Source: a virus (lineage: Duplodnaviria > Caudoviricetes). From it: DNA of 62,907 nt. The stretch's first letter is position 1. The number at the start of each line of letters is the position of its first letter. The stretch covers positions 1 to 62,907 of the IMG/VR virus record IMGVR_UViG_3300017967_000020. One strand, 5' to 3'. This document shows positions 8,782 through 18,755 of the stretch, one piece after another. Position numbers and translations under genes: made by a program. The notes under the pieces were generated by a model. The model did not search any database and was not told the DNA's origin. It saw nothing but the letters and a program-made list of their open reading frames with translations.

Positions 8782-10376
8782 TGATATCAAAACAGCAAGC
8801 CGTACAAGAAATTCTAAAGTGTGGCAAGTCTCAAGAGTACTTTGTCAATAACTTTTGCCGCATTCCACATGCGGTTCATGGTTTGGTGCGTTTCGATACA
8901 TACGACTTTCAAGACGAACTGCTAGATGATCTAGAGAAGTATCGCTTCAATGTTGTCCTTAAAGCAAGACAGATGGGTATTTCAACAATTGTTGCTGCTC
9001 ATATCTCTTGGCTAATGATGTTTCACAAGCATAAGAAGGTTCTTATCCTCTGTACCAAACTTGAGACAGCAAAGAACGTTGTTATCAAAGTGAAAGAGAT
9101 GGTAAAAAGTCTGCCTGATTGGATGCAAATTGCAAAGATCACAGTCGACAACAGAACCTCATTCGAACTATCAAATGGCTCTTGGATCAAGGCTTCTTCT
9201 ACATCAGGAGATGCAGGACGTTCGGAAGCACTTTCTTTGCTTGTTCTTGACGAGGCTGCTTTCATTCCTGACATGGAAGAGTTATGGACTGGTATATATC
9301 CTACAATCTCTACAGGGGGACGCTGTATTGCCCTCTCAACGCCTAATGGTGTTGGTAACTGGTTTCACACCACCTATGTCGATGCAGTATCTGGAGTGAA
9401 CGCTTTCAAGCCCACAGTACTACACTGGAGTAGGCATCCGGATAGAGATAAGGAGTGGTTCGAAAATGAAACTAAAAATCTATCTCCGAGACAAATCGCA
9501 CAAGAGTATGAGTGTAACTTCAATGCTTCTGGTGAGACTGTTATTGCTCCTGATGATATTGAAAGAATTGAGAAGATGGTTTGTGAGCCAAAGCACAAAG
9601 TAGGGTATGATAGGAATTATTGGATTTGGGAAGAGTGCCAAGATGGAAAGAAGTATGTATTGGTGGCTGACGTTGCAAGGGGTGATGGGGCTGACTATTC
9701 TGTATTCCACGTTGTCAATACGGATACAATGGAAATCGTTGCAGAATATAAAGGAAAGCCAAACATTGATGACTTTGCAAATATGCTTTACTCGGCAGGT
9801 AGAGAATATGGTGAATGCTTACTGGTGGTTGAGAACAATAATATCGGATATTCAGTTCTTGAGAAGCTAATCGAGATGGAATATCCAAATATTTATTTCA
9901 GTGTCAAAGGATCAGGCGAGTACATAGAGCAGGTTTCTGCGATAGGAAACCAAAGTGCTGTTCCGGGCTTTACAACATCTATGAAAACTCGTCCATTAAT
10001 TATTGCCAAATTAGAGGAGTTCGTCAGAAATAAACTAATTACTATAAAATCTTTACGTTTATTGAATGAATTAAAGACTTTTGTGTGGTATTTGGGAAAA
10101 CCTCAAGCCATGAAAGGATATAACGATGATTTGGTAATGGCACTGGCTATTGCTTGTTGGGTTAGAGACACAGCAATCATCGCTTCCAAAAGGGGAGAGG
10201 AGTTGCAAAAAGCTATGCTAAATTCAATGGTTTACACAAATACAGTTTTGAACACAAATATCAGAGGGCAACAAGGCTATAACAAAACTAATGCTACTTT
10301 CGATCCAGCACCACAAGGAAGTCTTGAAGAACATAGGCGTAATTTAGATAAATTTAGTTGGATATTCAAAGGATAA
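8781..10376 (+). CDS. terL: Terminase large subunit (T4 gp17-like)
   Basis: Walker A KARQMGIST, Walker B LVLDEAAF, STPNG coupling motif, nuclease ADVARG and DDLVMA. Confidence 0.95.
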   Translation: MISKQQAVQEILKCGKSQEYFVNNFCRIPHAVHGLVRFDTYDFQDELLDDLEKYRFNVVLKARQMGISTIVAAHISWLMMFHKHKKVLILCTKLETAKNVVIKVKEMVKSLPDWMQIAKITVDNRTSFELSNGSWIKASSTSGDAGRSEALSLLVLDEAAFIPDMEELWTGIYPTISTGGRCIALSTPNGVGNWFHTTYVDAVSGVNAFKPTVLHWSRHPDRDKEWFENETKNLSPRQIAQEYECNFNASGETVIAPDDIERIEKMVCEPKHKVGYDRNYWIWEECQDGKKYVLVADVARGDGADYSVFHVVNTDTMEIVAEYKGKPNIDDFANMLYSAGREYGECLLVVENNNIGYSVLEKLIEMEYPNIYFSVKGSGEYIEQVSAIGNQSAVPGFTTSMKTRPLIIAKLEEFVRNKLITIKSLRLLNELKTFVWYLGKPQAMKGYNDDLVMALAIACWVRDTAIIASKRGEELQKAMLNSMVYTNTVLNTNIRGQQGYNKTNATFDPAPQGSLEEHRRNLDKFSWIFKG

Positions 10377-10381
10377 AGACA

Positions 10382-12322
10382 ATGGCTGACAAGAAAAAGA
10401 ACCCAAGAAACCCACAGAGTACTCTGTATAAAAGGTTGACAAAATTACTTTCATCTCCTATCGTCAATAGGCGAACACAGATGCAAAGACGTTATAAACG
10501 AGCAGATATGGACAAGTATAATTTCAATTCTGCTATGGGATTGGACTTTAAGAAGACTTCGTACAATCCATATGATAATATGACTGCAAATATCATGGCA
10601 AATCAAAATCGCTATGAAAGATATATGGACTTTGATCAAATGGAGTATACTCCTGAGATTGCTTCTGCTCTTGATATTTACGCAGATGAAATGACTACTT
10701 CTACAATGCTGTCTCCGATGTTGAACATAAAATGTCCAAATGACGAAATTAAAATGATTCTCAAAAATCTATATGAAGAGATTCTTAATGTAGATTTAAA
10801 TTTATTTGGCTGGAGTCGTTCATTGTGTAAGTTTGGCGATTTTATGTTATATCTAGACATTGATGCTACATTGGGGATTCGACATGCTATTTCTCTGCCT
10901 ATTGATGAGGTTGAAAGACTCGAGGGCGAAGACAAGACAAATCCTAATTATATTCAATATCAATGGAATTCTGGAGGTTTGACTTTTGAAAACTGGCAGA
11001 TCGCACATTTTAGAATTTTGGGCAATGACAAGTATGCTCCTTATGGAACATCAGTCCTTGAGCCTGCTAGAAGAATCTGGAGACAACTTACTTTATTGGA
11101 AGATGCCATGATGGCTTATCGTATTGTTCGTTCGCCAGAGAGAAGAGTGTTTTATATTGATGTTGGTAACATTGCCTCTCAAGATGTAGAACAATTTATG
11201 CAGCGTGTCACTACACAGATGAAAAGAAATCAATTAATTGATGCCAACACTGGACGTGTAGATCTACGCTACAACCCGTTATCCATCGATGAGGACTATT
11301 TCATTCCTGTTAGGGGTGGCAATAGCTCTAGGGTTGAATCATTGCCTGGTGGATCTTATACGGGCGATATTGATGATGTTAAATATTTGCGTGATAAATT
11401 ATTCTCCGCTCTCAAAGTTCCCATGTCTTACCTTTCCAGAGGAGATGGACAAACAGAAGATAAAGCAACACTTGCTCAGAAAGATATTCGTTTCGCAAGA
11501 ACCATTCAAAGACTACAAAGATCTGTAATCTCAGAATTAGAAAAGATTGGATTGGTTCATCTTTATACATTAGGTTATCGTGGTGATGATCTTATATCAT
11601 TTAAGTTGCTTTTAAACAATCCGTCAAAGATCGCAGAACTTCAGGAACTTGAACACTGGAAACAGAAATTTGATATTGCTGGTGCTGCTACTGAAGGCTT
11701 CTTCTCTAAGCGTTGGATCTCTGAAAATATTCTTGGAATGTCTGATGAAGAATTCTTAAGAAACCAGAGAGAAATGTTCTATGATAAGAAGATGGCTTCT
11801 ATGCTCGAGAAAGCTTCTGAGGAGGTTCCTGCCTCTGCTCCTGATACTGGAGCATCTGGTGGTGCCGGTGGCGGACTTGATCTCGGTGGCGGCGGCGGAG
11901 GCGCTGGTGGCGGACTTGATCTCGGCGGTGGTGATGCTGGAGGCGGAGAAGCACCTGCTGGTGACGCTGGTGGAGGTGCCGGCGGTGGAGACGAAGGTGG
12001 AGGAGCAGAATCCTCCTTACTCGCAGCACCGGGAAACAGAAGTCGTGATAAAGATGGCAAAGTATCCAGAGGTGACGGCAAAGGTAGAAGAAAGATTAAG
12101 CCTGTTAAAGATGCCGAAGCAGGTAGAGCAGCAAGAACAAATAGTACAAAAGCTGTCACTAATCCAATGAAAAGAATGTTCAGTGATCCTATCGCTAACA
12201 TCGTAAATACGGTATATGAATCGGAAGAAAAACAGATTTACGATAAAGAAGAGAAGCAACTATTTAATATTAGCCACGATTTGAAAGTGCTACTTGAAAG
12301 TATGGAGCCTAAAGAAAAATGA
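10382..12322 (+). CDS. Portal protein (T4 gp20-like) with Gly-rich C-terminal tail
   Basis: LLEDAMMAYRIVRSPERRVFYIDVGN, EDYFIPVRGG, LPGG and DIRFARTIQRLQ are gp20 hallmarks; start at ATG 10382. Confidence 0.95.
   Translation: MADKKKNPRNPQSTLYKRLTKLLSSPIVNRRTQMQRRYKRADMDKYNFNSAMGLDFKKTSYNPYDNMTANIMANQNRYERYMDFDQMEYTPEIASALDIYADEMTTSTMLSPMLNIKCPNDEIKMILKNLYEEILNVDLNLFGWSRSLCKFGDFMLYLDIDATLGIRHAISLPIDEVERLEGEDKTNPNYIQYQWNSGGLTFENWQIAHFRILGNDKYAPYGTSVLEPARRIWRQLTLLEDAMMAYRIVRSPERRVFYIDVGNIASQDVEQFMQRVTTQMKRNQLIDANTGRVDLRYNPLSIDEDYFIPVRGGNSSRVESLPGGSYTGDIDDVKYLRDKLFSALKVPMSYLSRGDGQTEDKATLAQKDIRFARTIQRLQRSVISELEKIGLVHLYTLGYRGDDLISFKLLLNNPSKIAELQELEHWKQKFDIAGAATEGFFSKRWISENILGMSDEEFLRNQREMFYDKKMASMLEKASEEVPASAPDTGASGGAGGGLDLGGGGGGAGGGLDLGGGDAGGGEAPAGDAGGGAGGGDEGGGAESSLLAAPGNRSRDKDGKVSRGDGKGRRKIKPVKDAEAGRAARTNSTKAVTNPMKRMFSDPIANIVNTVYESEEKQIYDKEEKQLFNISHDLKVLLESMEPKEK
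11867..11925 (+). repeat. 20-bp direct repeat GGTGGCGGACTTGATCTCGG x2 (GGGLDLGG) in portal tail
   Basis: Copies at 11867-11886 and 11906-11925. Confidence 0.85.
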
Positions 12323-13107
12323 AATACAATAAAAAAAGAAACACAGCGTTTTTATACGAAACGTTGATCTTAGAAATGACTAAGGCAGCGTTAAACAAAG
12401 ATGAAAAACGAAAGAATATTGCTTTTGATATTATTAAAGAAAACTTTGCAAAAAATTCTATTCTCGATGAAGAGCTAGATGCCTATCGCTCTGTCTTGGA
12501 AACCAAAGGCGCAACAAAAGACTGGGCAAACATGATTCTCAGAGAAGCACAAAGAACCTATCTTTCTCTGCATCCCGGACATGTGTTTAGTCAACAGACA
12601 CATGTAATCAACAGAATAAATAAAGAACTGGGCAAAGATACTTTTAGTAACTTTACGCCAAACTATAAATCTTTGGCAACAATTGGGCAGTTATTTAGTG
12701 TCAAAACACCGGTAAAAACAAGAGTTATATTGGAAAGTAACTTGATCGAGGAAATGACTAGCCAAGAAGAAACTATGGCAGTAGAACCTGTAGATAATTT
12801 GGTTCTTAAAATGTTTGTTGAAAAATTCAATGAAAAATATGATGATCTATTAGAAGAACAAAAAGATCTTTTATTTAAATATATCTTTTCATTTGCAGAT
12901 GATGGTATGGGATTAAAGATTGCAATTAATGAAGAAATTTATAGAATGAAAAAAATTATCTCAAAAAATAAAACTTCTATACCTGAATTATCTGATAAGT
13001 TTGATTCGTTAGATGTTATGTTAGAATCTTTCTCAAAGCAATCAATTAATGACAATATGTTATTAAAGGTTATGAAGACTCAAGAATTTTGTAAGGAATT
13101 AATCTAA
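12319..13107 (+). CDS. Head-module hypothetical protein (possible prohead core)
   Basis: Directly follows portal; ACTATTTA at 12259; helical and Glu/Lys-rich. Confidence 0.5.
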   Translation: MKYNKKRNTAFLYETLILEMTKAALNKDEKRKNIAFDIIKENFAKNSILDEELDAYRSVLETKGATKDWANMILREAQRTYLSLHPGHVFSQQTHVINRINKELGKDTFSNFTPNYKSLATIGQLFSVKTPVKTRVILESNLIEEMTSQEETMAVEPVDNLVLKMFVEKFNEKYDDLLEEQKDLLFKYIFSFADDGMGLKIAINEEIYRMKKIISKNKTSIPELSDKFDSLDVMLESFSKQSINDNMLLKVMKTQEFCKELI

Positions 13108-13694
13108 TGTCAATTAAAGTATTTGTAGGCGAGAAATCTATCTCTAGGGAAGCCAATAAACTAAAAGACTACAAGTTTTCTCTTGATATGAGGCAGACAC
13201 TTGGTGGAGACTATGTCGTTTATGATCACCCAGATATTGATATTGTTATTATGCCAAAAATGAAGAAGGTTGTTGCATTCCCTAAAGATAAAATATCTGA
13301 TTTGACATATGACACAGAATCTAGATTATTTGATTTTATGTGTAAGAAAGGAGTTGTAGCAAGAGACTCGGTTCAAGGAGGGAATGTTTATGCCTCATTA
13401 CAAGGATTATTTGAAACTCCTCCAGAGCCAAAAGGAAAGCAAGGAGAAGAGCCACAAGATGCTTTGGATCCATTACAGCCAATATTATTTGTTGTTGGAA
13501 AATTTATTGAAATGGAAAAGCCAAGATACGAATATTTAAAAAGAATGGATGAGGAAGAAGAAGAATGGCTTACAGAGCCAACAGATGGAAACTCAACAGA
13601 GTTAGGTGAAGTTCCTCATGCCAGAGAGAAAGGTACAATTCGCCCTGGAATATATTACCAATCATATATGCATAACAGATTTTACAGGAGATAG
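13107..13694 (+). CDS. Head-module hypothetical protein
   Basis: 195-aa ORF coupled to the previous gene (TAATG). Confidence 0.5.
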   Translation: MSIKVFVGEKSISREANKLKDYKFSLDMRQTLGGDYVVYDHPDIDIVIMPKMKKVVAFPKDKISDLTYDTESRLFDFMCKKGVVARDSVQGGNVYASLQGLFETPPEPKGKQGEEPQDALDPLQPILFVVGKFIEMEKPRYEYLKRMDEEEEEWLTEPTDGNSTELGEVPHAREKGTIRPGIYYQSYMHNRFYRR

Positions 13695-13697
13695 ACT

Positions 13698-14513
13698 GTG
13701 AAAGAGTTGTTAAAAGAATGGAAACAATATTCCGAATATCATGAATTATTTGAGCGCCAAGAGTACATTGAGCTTGCATTAGGGATCAAGCCATTATTGA
13801 ATGAGAATGGTGGATCATACTATACTTCAGAAATGAAGGATCAGATCATTGAAGAGCATCTACTGTTTGAAGGGTTCTTTGATAGATTTAATCCTATTGC
13901 TGCAATCAAAAAGTATGGCGAAGAAGTTGGATCTTTATTTACGACTTTGTACGATGTCATCAAGAATCCTAAATATATACCTGATTTTGTTTCTGCAATA
14001 ATTAAAGAAATCTTAAACGATTGGAAAAGAAAAATAAATTCTGTCGTAACTTGGCTAGAAGGAAAGAACATGCCAACGTTTGCTGCTGGATTAAAAAAGA
14101 TTGTAGGTGGAATAAACTCTATTATTAATATGCAAGTTAATTGGAAGAAAGCTGTTCTTATCACTGGTGTTGTTGTCGGGGTTTCTTATCTTTTTGAGAA
14201 ACTAAAAGATGTTGGACTAGATATTCTTGGTGGGATTGGAGACGTCAAAGATAAAGTATTGGAAGCTGCTGAAAATTTCATAACTACAGAATTTCCCAAG
14301 ATTGTGACTAGTCTATATGGAAAAGCTGCACTTGCGGCATCATTAGGATTTCTTGGATGGATTGCAGCCGCTATAGCAGTCATAAAGGTTGTGAACTTAG
14401 CAAAAGACGCTCTTAAGCCGATGTTCGCAAAGTTTAAGCTTTTGAGTCAAAGAAGAGATGACAGAGAGAAGACTGCACAAGATGGCATACTTAGACTAGA
14501 AAACAAGGATTAA
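13698..14513 (+). CDS. Hydrophobic protein with a MKxLxxEW-type leader (possible ejected membrane protein)
   Basis: N-terminus MKELLKEWKQY resembles MKHKLIMENWRRF of 31155/31917; two hydrophobic segments in the C-terminal half. Confidence 0.45.
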   Translation: MKELLKEWKQYSEYHELFERQEYIELALGIKPLLNENGGSYYTSEMKDQIIEEHLLFEGFFDRFNPIAAIKKYGEEVGSLFTTLYDVIKNPKYIPDFVSAIIKEILNDWKRKINSVVTWLEGKNMPTFAAGLKKIVGGINSIINMQVNWKKAVLITGVVVGVSYLFEKLKDVGLDILGGIGDVKDKVLEAAENFITTEFPKIVTSLYGKAALAASLGFLGWIAAAIAVIKVVNLAKDALKPMFAKFKLLSQRRDDREKTAQDGILRLENKD

Positions 14514-14515
14514 AC

Positions 14516-14812
14516 GTGCAACTACTTTGGTTTATATTATCAGCCTATGGCTTGACGCAGATATTAGTCTATGGATCAATCTTTAAATCATTCAGGGACT
14601 ATGCCTTAAAATATACGAAACTTTTATCTTGTCCAATGTGTACAGGATTTTGGGTTGGAGTTATTTTATTCTTCCTTAATCCTTTTACAGAACTATTTAC
14701 ATTTGAAATAAATTTAGCAAATTTTTTAATTTGCGGCTGGTTATCGTCTGGGACTTCCTATATATTGTGTATGCTATTTGACGACGATGGCTTAAAAATT
14801 ATGAGGAAATAA
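14516..14812 (+). CDS. DUF1360-like small membrane protein
   Basis: Hydrophobic, with the LLSCPMCTGFWVG motif. Confidence 0.6.
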   Translation: MQLLWFILSAYGLTQILVYGSIFKSFRDYALKYTKLLSCPMCTGFWVGVILFFLNPFTELFTFEINLANFLICGWLSSGTSYILCMLFDDDGLKIMRK

Positions 14813-14813
14813 G

Positions 14814-14951
14814 ATGAATATTAAGATCCCCAAAAAAAGAGCAATGGAAATCATGAAAGAAGAGATCGAAAAGTTCTTGCAAGAAAACAAGAATGTCGAT
14901 AGAAAACTTTTGGAATCCTACATTTCAAAGACAACAGGAGAAAAGAAATGA
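14814..14951 (+). CDS. Small ORF missing from the track, 45 aa, divergent MKVTK-leader family
   Basis: MNIKIPKKRAMEIMKEEIEKFLQENKNVDRKLLESYISKTTGEKK; GAGGA RBS; stop overlaps the next ATG (ATGA). Confidence 0.6.
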   Translation: MNIKIPKKRAMEIMKEEIEKFLQENKNVDRKLLESYISKTTGEKK

Positions 14952-15406
14952 GAGTTACAAAATCTTATATTAAACAACTTGTAAAAGAAGAACTTACTAA
15001 GGTTCTTAACGAGTCGGCTCCTACCGATTCTGCTAAAAAAATCATGAACTATCTTAAAGATGTTTATGTTTTGCCAGATGATGAAGAGCATTTTAATGAT
15101 TTGTCATCTCATATGGGAGGTTTTCCACCAACTTTCGAAGAATTAAAAGCAAAAATCGAAAGAGAAACAGGGGAACCATATGCTAAAGTGTTATCCTTCC
15201 TTAAAACAATGCGCTCTGACACATACGATAGAATTGATTCAGAATATTTAGGAAAGCATGATCAGTACGATACTGCAAAACCATTCTCATATGGCGACAA
15301 GTCAGATCCCGGCGACTGGAAGAAAAAGAAACGTGCTGCTGCAGGAAGAAGGTATGGTGTCGGCGATGCTATCAAACGAGGTACTCTCAAGGAGACTGAA
15401 AAATGA
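14948..15406 (+). CDS. MKVTK-leader family protein
   Basis: MRVTKSYIKQLVKEELTKVLNE leader; basic C-terminus. Confidence 0.65.
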   Translation: MRVTKSYIKQLVKEELTKVLNESAPTDSAKKIMNYLKDVYVLPDDEEHFNDLSSHMGGFPPTFEELKAKIERETGEPYAKVLSFLKTMRSDTYDRIDSEYLGKHDQYDTAKPFSYGDKSDPGDWKKKKRAAAGRRYGVGDAIKRGTLKETEK

Positions 15407-16101
15407 AAGTAACAAAATCTTATATTAAAAGAATTATCAAAGAAGAGTTAACTCAGGTTATCAAAGAATTCGATCTAGATGCCTTTGACTCAGATACAGG
15501 CGCAGGAGAGTCTGATGAAGAAAGATGGATAAGAGAAAGAGAAGAAGACTTTGCTGACTTTATGAAGGAGGTGTTTGGTGCGTTTCACAATATCGCAACT
15601 AACGAAAAGGCAGCCGTCATCGCAGCAATGAATCTTCAGAGACAACCAGAATTGTTCAAGTCTTTTAATATTTTATACAAACTATTGTCTCAAATCGTAC
15701 AAGGAAACACAAACGTTGCGCTTCAAAAAGTAGATGAAGGATCTATCAAATGTCCTACGGGTGATGCTTTTGAGGAGTGCGCTGAAACAAAGATAAAAGA
15801 GTTCTACTCAGTCGATCCACTATTCAGTAAACTGGGTAGAGCAATAGAAAAGTTAGATTATGATTTTAGTAGTAGTTTTAGAGACTCATCTAAGGGCCCT
15901 TATTATGGTAGTGGCTTCTTGGCTGTTTCTAAGATTGCCCCAGATGATGATGCTAAGCAACGAAAAATTTATGAATACTTTAATAAGAATATTAAAAATA
16001 TTTATGAATTTATGTCTAGATATGGATTTAATCCTAGCAATTATGCAGGCGGCGATGTCAGATATCTAGAGGGCGGAATGTCAAAGAGAGGTGAAATATG
16101 A
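15403..16101 (+). CDS. MKVTK-leader family protein
   Basis: MKVTKSYIKRIIKEELTQVIKE leader. Confidence 0.65.
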   Translation: MKVTKSYIKRIIKEELTQVIKEFDLDAFDSDTGAGESDEERWIREREEDFADFMKEVFGAFHNIATNEKAAVIAAMNLQRQPELFKSFNILYKLLSQIVQGNTNVALQKVDEGSIKCPTGDAFEECAETKIKEFYSVDPLFSKLGRAIEKLDYDFSSSFRDSSKGPYYGSGFLAVSKIAPDDDAKQRKIYEYFNKNIKNIYEFMSRYGFNPSNYAGGDVRYLEGGMSKRGEI

Positions 16102-16151
16102 TGATTAGATGGATGCTACAACCAGTAAGAAGATGTAAGAACGGGTGTTGA
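16098..16151 (+). CDS. Possible 17-aa peptide MMIRWMLQPVRRCKNGC
   Basis: GAGGTG RBS; ATGA overlap with the upstream stop; fills the gap to the protease gene. Confidence 0.35.
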   Translation: MMIRWMLQPVRRCKNGC

Positions 16152-16154
16152 CGT

Positions 16155-16766
16155 ATGAGTAAAGTTTTATTAAGAGAATATTATGAATTATGTGAAGGCG
16201 GTGTTTGCCAAGACATGCTTACCGAAGCAGAAAAGAAATATGTTGCTAACGGTGGAATGATCTTGACAGGTAAACTGCAAGAAGCAGAAGTTCAGAATGG
16301 AAACGGAAGAGTGTATCCTAGAAAGATCCTCGAAAGAGAAATGAAGAACTATATGATGCTTGTTAAGGATAGGAGAGCATTGGGAGAGTTAGATCACCCA
16401 GATGATTCTGTTATCAATTTAAAGAATGCTTCACATATGGTTACAGACGCATGGTGGGATGGTAATAATGTTATGGGTAAAGTTAAAATCCTTAACACAC
16501 CGTCTGGCAAGATTTTACAACAACTTGTCAATGACGGTGTTAAGTTGGGTATTAGTAGTCGGGCTCTTGGTTCTGTCAATGAATCAGGAGGAAAAACGAT
16601 GGTACAAGAAGATCTTCAGCTTATTTGCTTTGATTTCGTTAGCGAGCCTTCTACTCCTAATGCATTTATGGCACTACAAGAAGCAAAAAATATCAGAATT
16701 GAAACAGATATTTTCGACAAGAAATATAAACTAAACAGAATGCTAAACGAAATTTTAGAGGATTAA
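16155..16766 (+). CDS. Prohead protease (T4 gp21-like)
   Basis: NGNGRVYP, GELDHP, GISSRA (catalytic Ser) and DFVSEPS motifs. Confidence 0.93.
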   Translation: MSKVLLREYYELCEGGVCQDMLTEAEKKYVANGGMILTGKLQEAEVQNGNGRVYPRKILEREMKNYMMLVKDRRALGELDHPDDSVINLKNASHMVTDAWWDGNNVMGKVKILNTPSGKILQQLVNDGVKLGISSRALGSVNESGGKTMVQEDLQLICFDFVSEPSTPNAFMALQEAKNIRIETDIFDKKYKLNRMLNEILED

Positions 16767-17207
16767 ATGAATAAGAAAGAACTAAAACAACTTATCAAGC
16801 CACTTGTAAAAGAGTGCATTAAGGAAGCGTTGCTTGAAGAAGGAATGCTTTCAACTGTTATTGCTGAAGTTGTTAAAGGCACTTCTGGGCTTGTAGAGCA
16901 AAGAAGTCATAAAATTCAAGAGACTACAGAGAGAGTCTTGGATACAAATGAAGATGCAATGCGTAGACTTCAAGAAAGAAAGGTACAACAACAAACTCAA
17001 AAAAGAAAACTACTTGATGCTATTGGCGCAGGTGCTTATGGCGGCGTAGATCTTTTTGAAGGAACAGAGCCTTTAACAAAGGCTGGTAAAGTAGGGGATG
17101 GTGCATCTGCTCAAGGCGCATTGTCAAGTTACGCTCCAGATGATTCAGGAGTTGATATTTCAGGATTGCTAAATTTAGCAGGCGGTTCTTGGAAAAAAAT
17201 CAAATAA
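16767..17207 (+). CDS. Head-module protein with a leader related to the MKVTK family
   Basis: MNKKELKQLIKPLVKECIKEALLEE. Confidence 0.5.
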   Translation: MNKKELKQLIKPLVKECIKEALLEEGMLSTVIAEVVKGTSGLVEQRSHKIQETTERVLDTNEDAMRRLQERKVQQQTQKRKLLDAIGAGAYGGVDLFEGTEPLTKAGKVGDGASAQGALSSYAPDDSGVDISGLLNLAGGSWKKIK

Positions 17208-17238
17208 AAGATATTTATAAAGAAAAGAGGAATAAATT

Positions 17239-17658
17239 ATGCCAGTACATCAATACGGAGTAGGACTACACAATGTAGGATCATATCAGGTTTCAGGAAT
17301 GCCTTTCTGCTCAGGTTCAATCTCAGCAAGAGGTGCTAATGCCGTTGTGGTTCAGTTCCCATATGTCACTCAATGGATTCAAATCACAAACCACGATACA
17401 ACTAATGAGTTATCTTGTTCTTTCACTCCAGAAGGAATGTCTGGATCTAATTTTTTCAAAATACATTCTGCTGACAACAGCGATAAAGGAAATACATATG
17501 GATTGGTTCTTCCTGTGAAATGCACAAGATTGTATTTCACAGGCTCGGCAGACTTTGATATCGTGGCAGGCTTGACTGGAATTTCGATTAATAGAATCAA
17601 CGAAGTCTCCCCATCTGGAAGTGGCGTTAACTTCTATGGTTTATATACTGGCGTATAA
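17239..17658 (+). CDS. Virion structural protein (possible decoration protein)
   Basis: Beta-rich S/G-rich sequence; GATATTTATA motif at 17210; GAGG RBS. Confidence 0.45.
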   Translation: MPVHQYGVGLHNVGSYQVSGMPFCSGSISARGANAVVVQFPYVTQWIQITNHDTTNELSCSFTPEGMSGSNFFKIHSADNSDKGNTYGLVLPVKCTRLYFTGSADFDIVAGLTGISINRINEVSPSGSGVNFYGLYTGV

Positions 17659-17671
17659 TATAGGAAATTAA

Positions 17672-17890
17672 ATGAGTAAAAAAAGTATAATGACTGTGAC
17701 TCCGAGAAGAAACGAGTCGCAAGAAAGAATGATTAAAAGATTCATCCGAAAATGTAAAAAGAAGGGCATCATTGATGAAGTAAAAGAAAGAAGATACTTC
17801 AAAACAAATTCCGAAAAGAAGAATGAAAGGAATAGAAAAAGAAAAAGAGCCATCGAGAAAGCAAAAGCGAAAGAAAAAGGCAGGAGATGA
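17672..17890 (+). CDS. rpsU: Phage-encoded 30S ribosomal protein bS21
   Basis: 72-aa basic protein with V...NES.ERMIKRFIRKCKKKGIIDEVKERRYFKTNSEK, matching the bS21 pattern (E..ERALRRFKR....GI..E...R.YYEKPS). Confidence 0.85.
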   Translation: MSKKSIMTVTPRRNESQERMIKRFIRKCKKKGIIDEVKERRYFKTNSEKKNERNRKRKRAIEKAKAKEKGRR

Positions 17891-17900
17891 ACTATTTATT
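17891..17900 (+). promoter_or_regulatory. Putative late promoter (ACTATTTATT)
   Basis: 40 nt upstream of ATG 17931. Confidence 0.6.
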
Positions 17901-17930
17901 TCTGAAAAATGTTTTATAGAGGAATAGTTC

Positions 17931-18746
17931 ATGGCAAATGTAGTAAATTATGGCTGGGCTTATGTTCACCCTACGGCATCACAAGCACAAGCAAGAGGCG
18001 TAGACAAATCAATTCAGTTCCTAACTGGGGCTATTGATTCAAATGGTATTGGAGTAGGATCTGGATCTGCAAATTTTACTTTCGATTATGCAAACAACGC
18101 TGTTGAATTGACTGGAAACATGACAGCAAGTGGGCATGTGTCTGCTTCTTTCTTTTATGGTGATGGTTCGAACTTGACAAATGTTGGATCTGGAGCAGGA
18201 TTTCCATTTACTGGAAATGCGGTTATCACTGGCACACTATATGTTACCAATGCGATTACTGCTTCAAACTATCTTATTGAGAACACTTTTGAAATCAACA
18301 GTAGTGGCTCTTCTACATTTGGCAACACAGACGATGATACGCACCAGTTCACTGGATCTGTCTCTTTTGGCGCTTCTGGTTCTACAGCAGATGTAGAATA
18401 TTCTGCTACGACTAGTCAATTAAAGATTCCCGGATTAAAAGTTGCATACAGAGCAACTGGATCAACAGCATTCTCAGCTTCTGTATCAGACTATATCATT
18501 GGGGTTACGGCTAACTTATCTACTGCTGTATTAATTGAATTGCCTGATGCATCAACGGCTGGATCTGGTTCTTTAATTGTTATCAAAGATGAAGCAACAG
18601 GAGGCTCTAGAGGATCCCCCTATTTAATAACAGTTTCTGCTTCTAGTGGAAATACTGTTGAGGGATCTAGTTTTACTACATTGGCAGGAACTATGGTATC
18701 GAAAACTTTTTACTCTAATGGCGCCACCAAATGGTTTGTGATATAG
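17931..18746 (+). CDS. Fibre/appendage protein
   Basis: S/T/G-rich; FYGDGSNL and DDTHQFTGS motifs; C-terminal domain shared with 22486 and 23582. Confidence 0.55.
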   Translation: MANVVNYGWAYVHPTASQAQARGVDKSIQFLTGAIDSNGIGVGSGSANFTFDYANNAVELTGNMTASGHVSASFFYGDGSNLTNVGSGAGFPFTGNAVITGTLYVTNAITASNYLIENTFEINSSGSSTFGNTDDDTHQFTGSVSFGASGSTADVEYSATTSQLKIPGLKVAYRATGSTAFSASVSDYIIGVTANLSTAVLIELPDASTAGSGSLIVIKDEATGGSRGSPYLITVSASSGNTVEGSSFTTLAGTMVSKTFYSNGATKWFVI

Positions 18747-18755
18747 GATAATATA

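Noticed and set aside
11779-12201. GC-rich patch and Pro-rich antisense ORF as a foreign insertion
   Set aside because: Explained by Gly/Ala codons of the in-frame portal tail.
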